From Candidatus Kaiserbacteria bacterium (GTDB lineage Bacteria > Patescibacteriota > Minisyncoccia > Phycocordibacterales > UBA2100), in NCBI GenBank assembly GCA_016186765.1, contig JACPLD010000005.1, forward strand, positions 13,785 to 77,784: a stretch of DNA of 64,000 nt, written 5' to 3'. Numbering within the stretch: position 1 is the stretch's first letter; each line of letters starts with the position of its first letter. Positions 44,035 through 54,608 of this stretch are shown here, in pieces. The position numbers were made by a program, and so were the translations under genes. The notes under the pieces were generated by a model, which was given only the letters and a program-made list of their open reading frames with translations, searched no databases and had not been told where the DNA came from.

Positions 44035-47000
44035 CTAGTACCCTGTGGTGGTTGTCGCAGTTGTCGTTGCGGTGATAGTCACACTCACGGTTGCCGTTGT
44101 TGTGCTTGTTGATGAGGTACTTGTTGCTGTTTCCGGAGCTGCTTGCGGTGAGCTCGTCGAAATCGAAGTCGGCGCCGGAGTCGGCTCGGACGCAGGCGCA
44201 GGAGCCGGTGTCGTGGTATTTGCCGCAAGCCACGCTGCGAGAACCTCGTTTAGTTTTGCGCGCGTCATGGACCCGATATTCCCGTAGCCCGCGTCACCCG
44301 GTTTTGCGATACCATGCTTCTCCTGGAATTTTTGGATCGCCTTCAACGTGAGCCGTCCGAAGAGTGTCGTCTCGCTCCCCGGCGAGCCGTCACCCGCCTC
44401 CGCGATGCGCGTGTCGGCATCGGTGTTGAGGACGACTTGCAGGAGCTTCACATCATCTCCCGACGAGCCGACCTTCAGCGCGCGGACGAAAGTGCCGACA
44501 GAAACTGCGGCGTTTCCGCTTTGGGTTTGTCCTTGCGGAGAAGCTTCGGGCGCGGCAACGCCGCTGCCGAATATTTCGCCGATCCTCGCGCGCGTCTTCG
44601 GGCCGAGCGTGCCGAAGCCTTCTTCGCCCGGTCCGGCTATGCCGTACTTTTGCTGGAACGCCTCGACTGCCGCTCTGGTAAGCGCACCGAAGTAGCCTGT
44701 TGCGTCGACGCCAAGCAGTGTCTGGAGGCGCGACACATCACTGCCACGAGAGCCTTGCGAAAGCCGAGCCGTAAACAAGGCATTTGCACTTCCCGGCGCC
44801 GGTGCAGGCAGACTCGAAGCATCTGCCGCTTGAGCTGCACCTTCGGCACCTGTGGTGAGCGAAGTCGAACCAAAGAGCTCGTTGAGCTTAGCGCGTGTCA
44901 TAGGACCGACAATGCCAAATCCTGCATCGCCCGCCTTCGCAATACCGTGCTTCATCTGGAATGATTGCACTGCCGCTCGGGTCAGCGGCCCGAAGTACCC
45001 TGTTGTATCGACACCGAGCGCTTTTTGCAGACGCGCGACGTCGGCATGCCTAGAGCCCTGCTTGAGAAGAACCGCGAAGCGAGCCCCGCCGAGCGGAGCG
45101 GCACCTGAAGCGCCCGTGGCAACGCCGAGGTTTTGGTCGACGTACGTAACAGTGCCATCAGGATAGATGATCTGTGCCTTCGCGATTGTCGCGGTCGGCT
45201 GCGCGATACTGCCTCCTCCTCCACCACCACCGCCTCCACCGCCACTGCTGCCACTGCTTCCGCTACTGCCACTACTGCCGGAGCTGCCCGACGATTGCGC
45301 GGGCGCGATCGGCGCGAAATCGGAGAAGTGAGAAACGTTCGCGGTGAGCGTGTTATTCGTCGTATCCACGGTCGTCGAGAGCATGTCGTAGGCTTGCGTC
45401 GCGTCGTTCCACACACCAAGCTGCAGGTCACTCTCCGAAGTCCCGCTCGGGATGTCGGCCTCTGTGTACGGAACAACAACCGTGACCTCATCATTCAAGG
45501 TTTTTACGGGCTGTCCCGAGGAATCGACCGCGCTGATCGTGACGGCGTTCTTCGAGAGGACGCTTCCGTTCGCAATAGCTGGAACGGCGGTGTTTGCCTG
45601 CGTCTTTACCGTGCCGGCGTTCGAGCCCGTGCCCAAGGCATTAGCCGGAATCGTGAGCTTGAAGGTGCTGCCGATGTCGGAATTGGTGACGAAGCCGCCT
45701 GCCGTGGGCGTAATCGTCTCCTGTCTCTCGGCCGTCAGCGTGAATCCAGATATTGCCGAGAGTGTGATGTTCTGATTGCTCTGAGATGCGCTCGTGGTAT
45801 CTGCGGTCGTGTTCCCCGTATAGCCGATCGAGCGCGCGGTGACCGTCCACGAACCGGGCGAGACACTGAGAGAATAGGCGCCCGCAGAATCGGTTTGTGC
45901 GACCGCGAATCCCCCGGAGCCGTTCGTCGCATCGACGAACGCGCCCGAGACACCGGTGCCGGAGAGCGAGACGGTACCGGAGATCGTCCGTGAGGCGGCT
46001 TTCAGAGATACGCCGGAGGGCGTTGTGTCGCCGGTGACGGTAACGCTCAAAGGAGCGAGCAGAATGTAGCCGGGTTTATCGGCACGAATCTGGTAGCTCC
46101 CCTTCGGCACGCGGATCGAATACTGACCCTCGCTATTGGTCTGACCGCCGATACTGATGACATTCGTTTGCCCGGTCGGCGTTCCCGTCAGAGAAACGAA
46201 CGCGTTATCTATTGGCGCGTCGGCTACCACGCCGCCCGTGATGGTGTAGAGCTGCGGCGCCGTGTAGGTAATGGTCTGCGTCGAATTGACGCTCGCGGTC
46301 GAGCCGATAGGACCGAATGCAGGATGCCCTGCGCGGATCGTGTAGGTGCCGGGCGAGAGCGTGAGCGTGTAGGTGGCGTTCGCGCCTGAACTCGTGCTCT
46401 CGCTCGTGCCGTTGCCGCGGCCAGAAGAAGTGCGCGCGTCCACATAGGCCCCCGTTATTGGATTCGTGCCGTCGGTGAGTTTGACGGTCACGGTGATGGG
46501 GGCCGCAAGCGCGCAGTTGTTGCTGTAGCTTGTCGTATCCGCGGTAGAGGTGACGTCGATCGGGGTCGAATCGCCGATTCCCGGGAAGAAGCAGGTGAGA
46601 GTGTAACTTCCGGCAGGTAGTTTCAGTGTGTACACGCCGTCTGCATCAGAGACACCCATGTTGCCGCCGTTCGCTCCTTCGGCATGTACCATGACGCCCT
46701 GCACCGCCGTTCCCGCCTTTGTGGTCGTTCCCGTGACCGTACCGAGCGAGAGATTTTGAGCAGAGAAGTCCTGTCCCGAGAGCGAAGAGCCCGAAACCGT
46801 CACGGTCTTTGCTCCCAGTTTGCCGAATCCGGGTGCGTATGCCTCGATGCGCCAGACGCCGTTTGTGACGTAGAGCGTGTACGCGCCGTTTGCATCCGTC
46901 GGCCCGCCGACGAAGTTCTGCTGTCCGCCACCCACTGGCGTCGTATCTGCGGCAGAATTTACCTTTCGGCCTCCGACGCCCGAGTACGAAATTGCATTAC

Positions 47001-50000
47001 CATTATTGTCTTTTACGGTGCCGGAGATAGTGAGTGTGGAAGCGGTGCCAAGCTTGAAGGAAAGGGTGGCAGGAGTATTTGCGCCGCTTGAGGGAACCGT
47101 AATCTGCTGGTCGGGAACGCTCGGCATGCCGGGCTTGAAGACACCGACGAGGTAGGTACCTGCGACTACATTAATGGAGAAAGCGCCGGAGGTATTGGTC
47201 TGTCCGCCGGACCCGAAGCCAAGATCAGAGGTGGAGCCGCCGGAGGAAGAGGTATTCGAGATCGGACGTGCAAAGACTCCTGCGTTTGATACAGCATTGC
47301 CGGCAGAATCCGTAACAGTGCCCGTGATGGTTTTATCAGCCGAGGAGAGCGTGAAGTTCACGCCCGTGACATTCGTCGTGGTTGCGATCACGGTTAGGTT
47401 CGGCGGCGGCATGAAGGTGAACGTCGGTGGTGGTGGAGGCGCACCACCGGGAATGAAGTGCGAATCGGGCATTCCGGGTCCGACACCCACGCTATAGGTT
47501 GTGCTCGTCGAAATACGCAGCGAATATGCGACAGCACTTCCGGTCATGGTCTTCGTGGTCTTCGAGAAACCCATGGAGGAAGCCGCGAAGATATCGACAG
47601 AGGTCCCGTTCGGGCCCGTGACGGCGCCACTAAGCGAGATAGTGCTGCCGCCACCCGTCACGATGATGTTCTTCGTGAGGTTTGTCGCGGAAACCGTAAA
47701 TGGCTGCGGTACAGAATTGTAGGTGACGGTCGAGGAGGCGGACGCGAGAGATCCGGGATCGATGCCGACCATGTAGTCACCGTCCGAGAGCTGCGTGAAC
47801 GTGGCAACACCAGTTGAGTTAGTCGTCGTTGAGTTACCTCCGGCCGCGGGCGAGAAGAGGAAGACTTTCACCGCGGCAATGCCCTCACCTGCGTTCACGG
47901 TGCTGTTCGCGTTCGCATCGTTGAAGACGTTTACCGTGAGAGTGCGGCTGCCCGCTTGCCCGAGGAAGAAGGGTGAGGTAGTTTTTGTCTCAAGGATCGC
48001 GCGGTTATTCGCGGCCGTGTCGCGCGTCTTGATGTCGCCTGTGTAGCCCGCGCTTGAGGGCACCGTCGAGTTGATGATACCGGTAAGCTCGATACAGATG
48101 AAGGCGTTTGCGCCTGTCGCGGTACCCGCCGTCGTGATCGTGACGGTGCCCGCGTCGACATTTGCGGAAGCAGTCGCGATCGTGGGGACTCCCGCAAACT
48201 GGTTGCCGTTGATGTCGGCATTACAAAGCGAGCTGGCGGCAGCGGTCGTAGAGGCGCGCGTGACGTCAAAACCAGAGGGGAAGGTAACGATGATCTGGCC
48301 GCCAAGCGGTATCGAAGTTGCGGCGAGGAAGTTGAGGCGATAGTCGGAGATTGCGCCCGCGATGCGCGTCATCGGCATGAGCTGTGTCGGGTTCATTCCT
48401 TGCATGCTCTGGTCTATCGTGCCGGTTCCGGGGCCGAGCTGGCCGCCGGTTGTCGAAGAATTTTGCACGGTGCCGACCGCGATGTTGCCTGCCGGCGTGC
48501 CTGACGTCGAGATGCCGTTCCCCGCCAAGTCCTGCACGGGCGTTGCCACCGTCACTTTGAATTGACTGCCGCTCGAGAGCGAAAGCCCGCTGATACGTGC
48601 GGTTTTCGTCTGACCGTCGTAGGTAACGGTCTTCCCACCGAGGCCAATGGAGGTGCCGATTGGGCTCTCGAGGGTGTAGTTGGCGATGTTGTCCGCCGCA
48701 TTCGGTCCGCCACCGACTCGCATGGTCTCTGAAAATGTGATGGCGATGCCGAAATTGTCGGCGCTCGCGAACTGGACGGAGGGCGCCGATGTGTCAGCGA
48801 TCGCGGTCGTCGTCGCGAACGTCGTTGACGTCGCAGTAAGGCGATTGCCCGAAAGATCGGCGGGGCCGGTGAGTCCGGCACCGACAGTGAACTTGTATCC
48901 GGTACTTGCGGAAAGTGCGGTCGAAGGAGCAAACGCGGCCGAGCGACTCTGTTGGTTGTACGTGACGTTGCCCGTGACAGCCGTGTCGCCCACCTGCGTG
49001 TAGAGCTTCAGCGTCGTGCTGCTCACCGTGGAGGGGTCCATGTCCTCGGAAAAGCCTGTGGTGAATACCTGCCCGAGTGAGATATTGGTCGAGTTGTTTG
49101 CGGGGTTCACGCCGAGCACCGTGGGCGCCGTCGAATCAGTGCCACTACTCGTGCGGAAGTAGAGACGGTACTCCTGCGGCAGCGAGATATTGTTGGTACT
49201 CTGTGCGGTCGTTAGGACTTGCACCACATAAGCGGAGTTGGCACCGAGGTTCGAGATCGACGTGATCGTGAGAGTATTGGTGCTCGTGGCATAGGAATTC
49301 ACTGCGCTTATCGCGCCGCCCGGCTGGCCGTTCACATCGGTCATGAGCTTCACGACCGCCGTATTCGTGACTGCATTTTCTCCGCCATCGCTCTTCATCG
49401 CGACCGAGAAGGTCAGCTTGATAGGCGCATTGATGGGGTGGTTTTGCGAGCCTCCCTGCGGCTGGCTGCTCTGTACGTAGGGAGGTGAGATGTTGGTTCC
49501 GCCCGTCCCGCCAGTCGTGAATGAAAGTGTCTGGTTCGAGGCGAGGGGATTGCCTGCCGAATCCTTGACGCCGGTCGTCGCGGTCACCACGTAGGTAGAG
49601 GACGTCGCGAGGTCCGTCGACGCGTTGTCCAAGCGAAGCGCTGTCGAGGTCGCGCCCGTCGCGCCGTTCGAGACAAGATGGAATTCGTACGCGCCGGTAT
49701 TCGAGCCACCCGCGGTGACCTTCCCGAAGAGCATGTCGCCCAGTGAGAAGGCAGTCGCATCCTGTGCGCCTGAGTCAACCGCACCATTTGCCGATGTCGT
49801 GATCTTTGCGAGAACCGAATTTTGCAAGAATATCGGCCGAGTAGCGGCACTATCGAGACGAAGTGCCGAGCTCGTGCCGGGATTGGCACCGGAGCCGAGC
49901 ACGCCGTTTATCGTTTCGCCGATCGTGACAAGGTGCCAATCGTAGACACCGGTATTGTCTGCACCGCTCACGATCGCCGCAAACACGAGATCGCCCGCGT

Positions 50001-51363
50001 TGAACGTGGTCGTCGCGGTGAGCGAACCGGAAGCGTCGAGTGTCGAGGTCGCTGACGGTAGTATCTTCGAGAGCGTCGTCGAAGCCGGGAAGGTAGGCGC
50101 GGCGTTCGCGAGGTCGAAACGCAGGTTCGAGCTATTGATGCTTGCACCTGTTTTTACGATGTGCCAGTCGTACTGGGTGGTCACCTGGTTCGTACTTGCG
50201 TTCGTGACCACGAGGTCGCCCACACCCAGCGGGCTCCCCGTACTCGTCGTCGTCGCAAAGAAGGGCGTGGTGAATTTCGTGATTTGGGAGGGGTTGAAGA
50301 GCGCATTGCCGTTGATGGCGAACGTTCCCGAGGTGAGAACGCTGTTCGTGACAACGCCCACGACAGGCGGGAACGTGCCAAACTGAAGATATACGATGTC
50401 ACCATAGGCAGGGGTCGTGTAGGCGCCCTGCGGCGTGATAGCGTTCGTGCTCGATACGGAGAAAAATCCGGTAGAGGCGGTCGTTACCTTTGCAAACTTG
50501 CTGCCGGCGGCGTAGGTGGGAGGGCTTGAGGCAACGATGTCGAAACCATCGGGAAAGGGGCGGACCGCCGCGCCCACGGCGGAGCCATTCTGGGTAAAGG
50601 TGATGTTGGTCGAATTCAGTGTAGATTGGTCGAGATTCTCGCTAAAGCCCATGTGGATGAAGGTCGAAACGGGTACGTTCGTGGAGCCGTTTGCAGGGCC
50701 CGTCGCGTTTGTGTTCACCGTGGGCGCTATCGTATCGACGGTTATAACGTCCGTTTGAAACAAGGTTGGGCCGGGAGCGACCGCGCCGTTCCAGCCAATG
50801 CCGCCCGGAATCATTTGCGCCTTCAGGGCGTGTCCATTCACTGCCGTGGGAGAGCTCGTGATGACAACAAAATAGTCGTTGCCGGCGTTCGCCCCCGCGT
50901 TGTCGGTCGGAACTGTCTCGGCAGTAGCAAAGGTAAGGGTCGTTGTCGCGTTCAGGCCATTTGCACTTGAGACCCATCCGGGCGCACTCAAAAGGGGTAT
51001 CACGTCGTCGGCGGCGTCGAAGCTTCCATTCGTTCCGCCCGCGGCATCATCGCGGTAGATTGCGATTCCCGTGGAGGTCGCGGCCCCAAGTGTCGCAATA
51101 TCAGTCGTTGTGCCGGAAGCAGAAAAGATCAATCCAATGGTCGTCGAGGCGAGCGTCTCCGAATCTGAAACGAGGTTGAATCCGATGACTGCGGTCGCGA
51201 CAGAAGAAGCCTTGATGGTTTGATTAGGGCTGGTGAGCGAGGCGGCAGCGTTCGTCGCAACCGCTGCATGCACGTAGAGTGCGTATCCAAAGAGAGAAAC
51301 GAAAAGCACGAGAACTGAAATAGCAAAAACGACGCCGTGGCGGCGCACGAGTGAAAGACCCAT
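44035..51363 (-). CDS. giant Thr/Ser/Gly-rich surface protein with Ig-like and prealbumin-like repeats and C-terminal peptidoglycan-binding domains
   Basis: 2442 aa; signal/TM segment, P.NGST.V...FSE.(L/M)D Ig-like repeats, TD..G.Y.L beta-sandwich repeats, three GS..DV..LQ...FG.LT..A...FQ modules. Confidence 0.85.
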   Translation of the reverse strand: MGLSLVRRHGVVFAISVLVLFVSLFGYALYVHAAVATNAAASLTSPNQTIKASSVATAVIGFNLVSDSETLASTTIGLIFSASGTTTDIATLGAATSTGIAIYRDDAAGGTNGSFDAADDVIPLLSAPGWVSSANGLNATTTLTFATAETVPTDNAGANAGNDYFVVITSSPTAVNGHALKAQMIPGGIGWNGAVAPGPTLFQTDVITVDTIAPTVNTNATGPANGSTNVPVSTFIHMGFSENLDQSTLNSTNITFTQNGSAVGAAVRPFPDGFDIVASSPPTYAAGSKFAKVTTASTGFFSVSSTNAITPQGAYTTPAYGDIVYLQFGTFPPVVGVVTNSVLTSGTFAINGNALFNPSQITKFTTPFFATTTSTGSPLGVGDLVVTNASTNQVTTQYDWHIVKTGASINSSNLRFDLANAAPTFPASTTLSKILPSATSTLDASGSLTATTTFNAGDLVFAAIVSGADNTGVYDWHLVTIGETINGVLGSGANPGTSSALRLDSAATRPIFLQNSVLAKITTSANGAVDSGAQDATAFSLGDMLFGKVTAGGSNTGAYEFHLVSNGATGATSTALRLDNASTDLATSSTYVVTATTGVKDSAGNPLASNQTLSFTTGGTGGTNISPPYVQSSQPQGGSQNHPINAPIKLTFSVAMKSDGGENAVTNTAVVKLMTDVNGQPGGAISAVNSYATSTNTLTITSISNLGANSAYVVQVLTTAQSTNNISLPQEYRLYFRTSSGTDSTAPTVLGVNPANNSTNISLGQVFTTGFSEDMDPSTVSSTTLKLYTQVGDTAVTGNVTYNQQSRSAAFAPSTALSASTGYKFTVGAGLTGPADLSGNRLTATSTTFATTTAIADTSAPSVQFASADNFGIAITFSETMRVGGGPNAADNIANYTLESPIGTSIGLGGKTVTYDGQTKTARISGLSLSSGSQFKVTVATPVQDLAGNGISTSGTPAGNIAVGTVQNSSTTGGQLGPGTGTIDQSMQGMNPTQLMPMTRIAGAISDYRLNFLAATSIPLGGQIIVTFPSGFDVTRASTTAAASSLCNADINGNQFAGVPTIATASANVDAGTVTITTAGTATGANAFICIELTGIINSTVPSSAGYTGDIKTRDTAANNRAILETKTTSPFFLGQAGSRTLTVNVFNDANANSTVNAGEGIAAVKVFLFSPAAGGNSTTTNSTGVATFTQLSDGDYMVGIDPGSLASASSTVTYNSVPQPFTVSATNLTKNIIVTGGGSTISLSGAVTGPNGTSVDIFAASSMGFSKTTKTMTGSAVAYSLRISTSTTYSVGVGPGMPDSHFIPGGAPPPPPTFTFMPPPNLTVIATTTNVTGVNFTLSSADKTITGTVTDSAGNAVSNAGVFARPISNTSSSGGSTSDLGFGSGGQTNTSGAFSINVVAGTYLVGVFKPGMPSVPDQQITVPSSGANTPATLSFKLGTASTLTISGTVKDNNGNAISYSGVGGRKVNSAADTTPVGGGQQNFVGGPTDANGAYTLYVTNGVWRIEAYAPGFGKLGAKTVTVSGSSLSGQDFSAQNLSLGTVTGTTTKAGTAVQGVMVHAEGANGGNMGVSDADGVYTLKLPAGSYTLTCFFPGIGDSTPIDVTSTADTTSYSNNCALAAPITVTVKLTDGTNPITGAYVDARTSSGRGNGTSESTSSGANATYTLTLSPGTYTIRAGHPAFGPIGSTASVNSTQTITYTAPQLYTITGGVVADAPIDNAFVSLTGTPTGQTNVISIGGQTNSEGQYSIRVPKGSYQIRADKPGYILLAPLSVTVTGDTTPSGVSLKAASRTISGTVSLSGTGVSGAFVDATNGSGGFAVAQTDSAGAYSLSVSPGSWTVTARSIGYTGNTTADTTSASQSNQNITLSAISGFTLTAERQETITPTAGGFVTNSDIGSTFKLTIPANALGTGSNAGTVKTQANTAVPAIANGSVLSKNAVTISAVDSSGQPVKTLNDEVTVVVPYTEADIPSGTSESDLQLGVWNDATQAYDMLSTTVDTTNNTLTANVSHFSDFAPIAPAQSSGSSGSSGSSGSSGSSGGGGGGGGGGGSIAQPTATIAKAQIIYPDGTVTYVDQNLGVATGASGAAPLGGARFAVLLKQGSRHADVARLQKALGVDTTGYFGPLTRAAVQSFQMKHGIAKAGDAGFGIVGPMTRAKLNELFGSTSLTTGAEGAAQAADASSLPAPAPGSANALFTARLSQGSRGSDVSRLQTLLGVDATGYFGALTRAAVEAFQQKYGIAGPGEEGFGTLGPKTRARIGEIFGSGVAAPEASPQGQTQSGNAAVSVGTFVRALKVGSSGDDVKLLQVVLNTDADTRIAEAGDGSPGSETTLFGRLTLKAIQKFQEKHGIAKPGDAGYGNIGSMTRAKLNEVLAAWLAANTTTPAPAPASEPTPAPTSISTSSPQAAPETATSTSSTSTTTATVSVTITATTTATTTTGY

Positions 51364-51505
51364 ATGATTATTAATGAAGCGTATAAAAAATGCTCTTACT
51401 TATTGCGGCACACGCGACGACGAGCGCCTAATGCGCTCATTATAGGCACGGTATCGCTGCACTATTCGCCGACAAGAGCAAACCTGTGTATAGCCGAATA
51501 TGCCG

Positions 51506-53017
51506 TTAGAGTGTCTGCAAAAGTGCGTTCAGTTGCGCGCGGGTAGCGGGACCAACTGTGCCAAACGCAGGATGTCCTTTCTTCGCGATACCGTACTTCT
51601 CCTGAAACTTTTGCACTGCGCGCTTGGTGAGTGGGCCAAATCGGGTCGTTTCACTTCCCGGCGAGCCGGCGCCGCTCACTGCGATCTGTGTCGCCGCATC
51701 GGCGTTCAGTATCATCTGCAGTGTGCGCACGTCTTCGCCGATGGAGCCGAGCGAGAGGCCGCGCGCGAGCGGAGCGCGCGCGGGCGCTTTCGCATTCGTC
51801 GCGAGCACATTCCATATATTCGGGTCCTGTCCGCCGTCAAGTTTGAAAATTGAGACGCCGCGCACGCCGAGGCGCTTTGCGAGCTCAACCTTCTGCCGCA
51901 CGGATTCCGCGTCGGGCCAGACGACGTAGCGGAACGGCAGATTTGAATTGTACGTTTGCGCATAGGCGGAAGCAGCGAGCGCGGTCGAAAGTCCCGAGAT
52001 CGCCTGCGCAGAGAGCGATGATGTTGCGACACCCGAGGGAGTCGAAGTGGAAGTCGGCGCATAACTAAAGGCAAGCTCGCCCCACGGGGTGCGGTACGGC
52101 GTGATGCCTAACTTCTCTGCGAGCGGGATCGCATAGCCGGGATTGAATGTCCAAAGAATTTTGTACAAATATTCGGGTCCTGCGTAGGCGGTCACATCGT
52201 ACTCATAGCCGTAGGTCGGAATGCCTATCATGAGCTTATTTTTAGGGATATCTCGGGCAACAAGAAGAATAACTTTCTCCACCCACGCCGGATCTCCTAC
52301 CGGCGCGTAGAGCTGAGAGCTCGAGGCATACTGCGCGGCAAGTTTCAGGTCGATGCTCTGCTGATCGTACGCCATGATACGCACGCGGTCGCAGTACTTC
52401 CCGATCGCCTTGAGGTCGTTCGCGTACGTGGTCGCGTCAGGCGGCGGTGTGGTGCCGTAGTAACGATCCGCGAGAGGCGTTCGCGATTCGATGCTGCACA
52501 TGAGCCACTTATCCTTGAGGCGCATCTTGAGCCCTTTCAAAAACGTAGAGTAGTAGTCTCTCGTCTCCGCCTTTTTCCCCTCAAAGTCGATATCGATTCC
52601 ATCGAACCCGCTCTCTTTTACTAGGTTTGCGAGTGTATCCTCAAGCGCGATGCGCGATTGCGTATTGCTCAAAAGTGTGTGAACGAGCTCACTGTTTGAA
52701 GTCATGACCGTCGGGATAAAGCGGATATTTTTACTCTTTGCTTCAGCTCGAAGCGAGAGCCACGGCTCTTGGTCGATGAGGCCGTTGTCGATAAGTGCAC
52801 CGTCTTCTACGAGCGTATACACGAACGGGTTCACCTCGGTGAGCGTGGAAATATTCGGGAGCACATCGGCAGTGCCTGTCGCCGCTCTCCAGTACGGGAT
52901 CCATCCAGAGACTTCGAATGACTTCTGCATTGCTGCTTCTGCGGAAAACGGCACGAGCCCCGCCGCTGGCAATGCGAGCAGAAAAACAACAGTAAAGAAA
53001 GTTCTCACCCTGCACAT
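51506..53017 (-). CDS. glycoside hydrolase family 18 with peptidoglycan-binding domain
   Basis: FDGIDIDFE, IMAYD, GIPTYG; C-terminal PG-binding module. Confidence 0.88.
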   Translation of the reverse strand: MCRVRTFFTVVFLLALPAAGLVPFSAEAAMQKSFEVSGWIPYWRAATGTADVLPNISTLTEVNPFVYTLVEDGALIDNGLIDQEPWLSLRAEAKSKNIRFIPTVMTSNSELVHTLLSNTQSRIALEDTLANLVKESGFDGIDIDFEGKKAETRDYYSTFLKGLKMRLKDKWLMCSIESRTPLADRYYGTTPPPDATTYANDLKAIGKYCDRVRIMAYDQQSIDLKLAAQYASSSQLYAPVGDPAWVEKVILLVARDIPKNKLMIGIPTYGYEYDVTAYAGPEYLYKILWTFNPGYAIPLAEKLGITPYRTPWGELAFSYAPTSTSTPSGVATSSLSAQAISGLSTALAASAYAQTYNSNLPFRYVVWPDAESVRQKVELAKRLGVRGVSIFKLDGGQDPNIWNVLATNAKAPARAPLARGLSLGSIGEDVRTLQMILNADAATQIAVSGAGSPGSETTRFGPLTKRAVQKFQEKYGIAKKGHPAFGTVGPATRAQLNALLQTL

Positions 53018-53057
53018 AGAAAGGAAGACGGATATAGTGTACCAATCTTGCGCGACA

Positions 53058-53864
53058 CTATAAACTCTCGGCAGTGTATCGTGCGATCTGACCATTGCGG
53101 ATCACTGTTCTGTACACCCACGCGAACACGCCGTATGCGCCGAGAGCGTACACTACTACGAGTGACATGCCGACGACAACATCCTGAAACCCAAATGTGC
53201 CCCCGATAAGCACGCTGCGCATGCCCTCGAACACGTAGGTCGGTGGAAGCAGATACGCGATTGCCTGCATCCACGATGGAAGCGTTGAAACAGGGTAAAA
53301 CACGCCCACCACCGGCCCTAAAACAGCTGCGATCGGCCACGTGAACCACTCCGCCGAAGGACCAAGTCTCAGAACAATCGCGGCTGCAAGAATGCCGAGC
53401 GAAACGCCGAAAAGAAACAAGATAAGAAGAAAAGGAACGAGGGATACGCCAAGAATAAATATGGAGAAGCCAAAGAACAGGAATGCGAGGAAGGCCACAA
53501 CGACAAAAACGACGACGCTCGTGACGATCGTCGAGACAACAAATCCTCCCACGTACTCCGAGAGCTTCAGGGGTGTAGCAAAAATGTTGAGGAAATTCCT
53601 CGACCACGAATCCTCAAGGAACGCCATCATAACACCCTGATGCACGCGGTTTAAGAAGCCCCACAAGAGCACTGCTCCCAGGAGCGCGAGAGCGATACTA
53701 AACGATGTATTTCCGATATCGAACAGGTACTCTGAGAGAAAACCCCAGAGCACGAGATCGATGAGCATCCATGAGAACATTTGAAAAAAGCGGCTCGGAT
53801 TGTCCCGATAGAGGTACGTTTGCCTCACGATGATTGCGTACATGCGCTTCAGGCTCATAGGCAT
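53058..53864 (-). CDS. ABC-2 type permease
   Basis: 6 TM helices, GVFYPVSTLPSWMQ..LPPTYVFEGMR. Confidence 0.9.
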   Translation of the reverse strand: MPMSLKRMYAIIVRQTYLYRDNPSRFFQMFSWMLIDLVLWGFLSEYLFDIGNTSFSIALALLGAVLLWGFLNRVHQGVMMAFLEDSWSRNFLNIFATPLKLSEYVGGFVVSTIVTSVVVFVVVAFLAFLFFGFSIFILGVSLVPFLLILFLFGVSLGILAAAIVLRLGPSAEWFTWPIAAVLGPVVGVFYPVSTLPSWMQAIAYLLPPTYVFEGMRSVLIGGTFGFQDVVVGMSLVVVYALGAYGVFAWVYRTVIRNGQIARYTAESL

Positions 53865-54601
53865 CAAAGTTCGAGCGAGAGAGGTTCCCGTGCGATAGTG
53901 ATGAAAAGTTCTTCGAGATTCGACTTGCCATGCTCCCCTGCAAGTGTCTTCGGGTCACCCTCGAGGAGAATATTGCCATGCGAGAGGAAGAGTACCCGAT
54001 CGCACACGGCTTCCACCTCGTGCATGTTGTGTGACGTCCACAAAACTCCTCCAGTATCACTCCTCGCGTATTCCGTAATTCTTTCCCGGACTGTGCGAGC
54101 CGAAGAAGGATCGAGCGAGGCCGTCGGCTCATCAAGAAGAAGCAGAGGAGGACGATTGAGCATCGCTTTTGCCAACCCCACACGCGTTTGCTCTCCTGAC
54201 GAGAGCACGCCGCACTTCATCTCTGCAAATCGAACGAGGTCGAACTCTTCAAGGAGTTCTCTGACCCTCGTCTCGACACGTGACACACTGTAGAGAAAAC
54301 CGAATATGCGGAGGTTTTGCGCAACAGTGAGGTTGCCCGGAAGTTGCGCGTACACGGCGGCAAAATTCGTTCGCCCCATGGCTTCGCTGCGACGTTTCCC
54401 AACATCAATGCCGTCGATCAGGATCGAGCCTGCGCTCGGCTCTAAGACGCCGAGTATCATATTGATGGTCGTCGTCTTCCCTGCCACGTTTGGTCCCAAA
54501 AGCCCCACGATCTCGCCGCGTCGGACGGAAAACGATACATCATCTACCGCACGCACGCCGCGATAGGTTTTTGAGAGATTGGTGACTCCGAGAACCGACA
54601 T
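53864..54601 (-). CDS. ABC transporter ATP-binding protein
   Basis: GPNVAGKTT, LSSGEQ, LLLDEPT. Confidence 0.92.
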   Translation of the reverse strand: MSVLGVTNLSKTYRGVRAVDDVSFSVRRGEIVGLLGPNVAGKTTTINMILGVLEPSAGSILIDGIDVGKRRSEAMGRTNFAAVYAQLPGNLTVAQNLRIFGFLYSVSRVETRVRELLEEFDLVRFAEMKCGVLSSGEQTRVGLAKAMLNRPPLLLLDEPTASLDPSSARTVRERITEYARSDTGGVLWTSHNMHEVEAVCDRVLFLSHGNILLEGDPKTLAGEHGKSNLEELFITIAREPLSLEL

Positions 54602-54608
54602 CGGACCA

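Noticed and set aside
49815-49836. CCGAATTTTGCAAGAATATCGG as another copy of the 30-bp palindrome
   Set aside because: Similarity is limited to the core and could be chance in a 7-kb gene.
54470-54500. Walker A variant GPNVAGKT as a sign of inactivation
   Set aside because: The change is at a variable position of GxxxxGKT, and the other motifs are intact.
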